DNA of 34,933 nucleotides, taken from positions 1 to 34,933 of the forward strand of contig CAZPVE010000001.1 in assembly GCA_964589925.1 (NCBI GenBank), read 5' to 3'. The position numbers were made by a program, and so were the translations under genes. Each line of letters starts with the position of its first letter. Position 1 is the first letter of the stretch. The stretch comes from an uncultured Aurantimicrobium sp. (GTDB lineage: Bacteria; Actinomycetota; Actinomycetes; Actinomycetales; Microbacteriaceae). The notes under the pieces are model-generated. The model was not told where the DNA came from. It was given only the letters and a program-made list of their open reading frames with translations, and did no database searches. Below are positions 32,782 through 34,933 of this stretch, one piece after another.

Positions 32782-34824
32782 ATGAGTGACGCCCGCCGCC
32801 CCAGTTCCTCGGCGCCGGCGGAACACTTTGTTGCTCACATTCAGGGCCTTCGCGCCATTGCGGTGCTGCTCGTCGTCGTCTTCCATTTTTGGCCCGGACG
32901 ACTGACCGGTGGCTACATCGGCGTTGACGTCTTCTTTGTCATTTCAGGCTTTTTGATCACGGGTCAACTGGTGCGTGAGCTGCGCGCTACCAACCGGATA
33001 GGTCTGGCCGGCTTCTGGGCCAAGCGCATCCGTCGACTGATGCCGGCCGCGCTCCTTGTGCTGCTCGTCAGTGCGTTGGCAACGGCTTTCATCATGCCGC
33101 TGTCGTATTTGGTGAGCTCGCTCACCGACATCTCGGCCAGCCTGCTCTACGTTGAAAACTGGCATTTGGTCGTCAACTCGGCCGACTATCTCAACAGTGT
33201 TAACAGCACGATCGCCGAGCACTACTGGTCGCTATCCGTCGAGGAGCAGTTCTACGTGGTGTGGCCGCTGCTGTTGCTGGGTGCTTTCGCTCTGGGGGCC
33301 AGGTTCACGGTTCAGCGGCGGTGGCGCCTCCTTCTGGTTGCCGTCGTAGTGATTGTTGCCCTCTCGTTCCTTGCCTCTGTGTTCTACACTCGCACCAATC
33401 CCGCCCAGGCCTACTTCGTTCTCTTCACGCGCATGTGGGAGTTCGGGGCTGGTGCGTTGCTAGCCTTCCTTCCCCGGCTGAGGCCCCAGTCGTTCTGGCT
33501 GAGCAATCTGCTTGGTCTGGTCGGGCTGGCCATCCTTGCGTATGGCGGCTACAAGCTGACCCAGGCCACCCCCTTCCCGAGTTACTGGGCACTCATCCCG
33601 GTGATTGGCACTGCGTTGATCATCGTCATCAAGCCCGGTGGTCGCTGGTGGAACATGGGCCGACTGCTCTCCATCTGGCCGATGAGATTCTTGGGCGATA
33701 TTTCGTACTCGCTCTACCTGTGGCACTGGCCGCTCATTTTCGTCGCGCCGTTCATCATCGGGTGGGGCCTCGGGACGGCTAACCGCCTGGCACTGTTTGC
33801 TGGCACCTTCGTTCTTGCTTGGCTCACGAAAAAGTTTGTTGAAGACCCGATGCGCCGTTTGCCTGCACTGGTCTCACGAAAGCCCCGCTATACATTCGGC
33901 TGGCTTGCCGTCTCGTTCGGGGTCATGGCGCTCATTCTCGGCAGCATCTACGGTGTGCAGAACGTGAAGTTCCAGGCCGCCCAGGCGCAGCTCATCCAAG
34001 TTCAAGACAATCCGCCGGCCTGTTTTGGTGCAGAGGTTGCAACCGGATGCTCCAACCCGGCTCTCGCCGATCAGATCATCCCCGACCCGGGGTTTGGCAA
34101 CGCTGACGAGCCGACCAATCCCGAATGCTTCGTGCAGCTCAACGATGCCCGGTTAGCTCCCTGCACGTTTGGTTCAACGGCGGAGTCGGCCCCACGAGTA
34201 GCTTTGGTCGGGGACTCTCACGGATACCAATATCTGCCGGCGTTCATCCGCTTGGCCAAGCAGAATGGCTGGGCGCTCACCACGTACTTCAAAGGTGCGT
34301 GCCCGTGGACGACCGCTGGGGTTGGCGGTGCCGACCCGGGCTTTGTCGCATCCTGTACGCAGTATCGATCGGCCCTCGCGACAGAGTTGGCGCAGCAAAA
34401 GTTTGACGTGATTGTCACGGCCGCGTTCAGCAAGACCGAATACGTTGGCGATCTGACGACCACACAGGTAGCCGACGGTTTCGCCGATGCGTGGGCAACT
34501 CAGAACGGTGGCGCGACCGTGATTGCGGTTGCTGATAACCCCTCGTTCGAGAGTGACCCGAACAAGTGCTTGCGGAGCAAGCCTGCTGCTGAGTGCACCG
34601 AGGCCCGAGGGGCCGCGCTCGTGAAGGATGACCCGCTCATGCTGGCGGCGAAGAAGCTGAACCTGCCATCGGTAGATCTGCGCAACACGTTCTGCTCAGT
34701 CGCCGAATGTTTCGCGGTTATCGGCGGAGCTGATGTCTATCGAGACCAAGACCACTTGACCGCTACGTTCGCCACCTCGATGGGCTTCGCATTTCACTCG
34801 ACAGTGGGGGCCGCCCTGAAATAG
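32782..34824 (+). CDS. acyltransferase family 3 membrane protein with C-terminal SGNH/extracytoplasmic domain (OafA/YrhL-type O-acyltransferase)
   Basis: 680 aa. N-terminal motif LRAIAVLLVVVFH, about 10-11 TM segments, then a soluble domain containing VALVGDSHG. Confidence 0.88.
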   Translation: MSDARRPSSSAPAEHFVAHIQGLRAIAVLLVVVFHFWPGRLTGGYIGVDVFFVISGFLITGQLVRELRATNRIGLAGFWAKRIRRLMPAALLVLLVSALATAFIMPLSYLVSSLTDISASLLYVENWHLVVNSADYLNSVNSTIAEHYWSLSVEEQFYVVWPLLLLGAFALGARFTVQRRWRLLLVAVVVIVALSFLASVFYTRTNPAQAYFVLFTRMWEFGAGALLAFLPRLRPQSFWLSNLLGLVGLAILAYGGYKLTQATPFPSYWALIPVIGTALIIVIKPGGRWWNMGRLLSIWPMRFLGDISYSLYLWHWPLIFVAPFIIGWGLGTANRLALFAGTFVLAWLTKKFVEDPMRRLPALVSRKPRYTFGWLAVSFGVMALILGSIYGVQNVKFQAAQAQLIQVQDNPPACFGAEVATGCSNPALADQIIPDPGFGNADEPTNPECFVQLNDARLAPCTFGSTAESAPRVALVGDSHGYQYLPAFIRLAKQNGWALTTYFKGACPWTTAGVGGADPGFVASCTQYRSALATELAQQKFDVIVTAAFSKTEYVGDLTTTQVADGFADAWATQNGGATVIAVADNPSFESDPNKCLRSKPAAECTEARGAALVKDDPLMLAAKKLNLPSVDLRNTFCSVAECFAVIGGADVYRDQDHLTATFATSMGFAFHSTVGAALK

Positions 34825-34845
34825 CTGTCTCCGAGACTTGGGAAC

Positions 34846-34882
34846 AAAAAGAACCCTCCCGAATGGGGAGGGTTCTTCGTTT
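34846..34882. terminator. bidirectional intrinsic terminator
   Basis: 10-bp stem GAACCCTCCC/GGGAGGGTTC with a 5-nt loop, flanked by an A-run upstream and TTCGTTTG downstream. It therefore has U-tracts on both strands, between the acyltransferase gene and tRNA-Ala. Confidence 0.65.
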
Positions 34883-34883
34883 G

Positions 34884-34933
34884 TGGAGCCTAGGAGAATC
34901 GAACTCCTAACCCCCTGCTTGCAAAGCAGGTGC
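34884..34933 (-). tRNA. alaT: tRNA-Ala (anticodon TGC), 3' two-thirds only (truncated by the window end)
   Basis: Minus strand: anticodon arm CCTGC-TTTGCAA-GCAGG, T arm AGGAG-TTCGATT-CTCCT, 3' acceptor AGGCTCC with U70 (G3:U70 alanine identity), discriminator A, no encoded CCA. Confidence 0.8.

Noticed and set aside
1-34933. CRISPR arrays, insertion sequences, toxin-antitoxin pairs, restriction-modification or other defence islands.
   Set aside because: I scanned intergenic regions and the ORF translations. I saw no repeat-spacer arrays, transposase or integrase motifs, or defence-type domains. All spacers are shorter than about 150 bp.

Overview
High-GC actinobacterial chromosomal window; the proteins look Micrococcales/Microbacteriaceae-like, which is inference only. 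It is almost entirely core genome and appears origin-proximal. The right half (about 16.3-34.9 kb) reproduces the conserved order tRNA-Leu / fhaA-fhaB-pstP-rodA-pbpA-two STPK genes / trpG-sortase / crgA / rhomboid-ppiA / tRNA-Ala, known from M. tuberculosis Rv0007-Rv0020c and S. coelicolor SCO3843-3857. The left half carries Cys-less rpmB-rpmG, a translationally coupled metal-uptake operon (znuA-znuC-two permeases-zur) with a Zur-box-like palindrome, trhO, a hemD-like gene, a YtxH/holin-X/DUF3618 membrane trio, glyQS, an MFS transporter, an M13 peptidase, nucS flanked by two HAD paralogues, and a DMT transporter. I found no mobile elements, integrases, CRISPR arrays or recognisable defence systems, and I cannot support a claim of a wholly new system. 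Observations worth follow-up: (1) the PASTA receptor in the pknB position has lost every catalytic kinase motif (pseudokinase), while the upstream kinase is intact and carries its own ectodomain; (2) a lower-GC block (ApbE, a low-complexity secreted protein, an OmpR/HK pair) interrupts the leuT-fhaA junction; (3) two consensus DnaA boxes plus a hairpin lie in the convergent crgA/rhomboid spacer; (4) the Zur box overlaps an apparently leaderless znuA promoter, and a leaderless signature (TANNNT, 6-7 nt, start codon) recurs at operon-leading genes. Long ORFs antisense to these genes are treated as high-GC artefacts.
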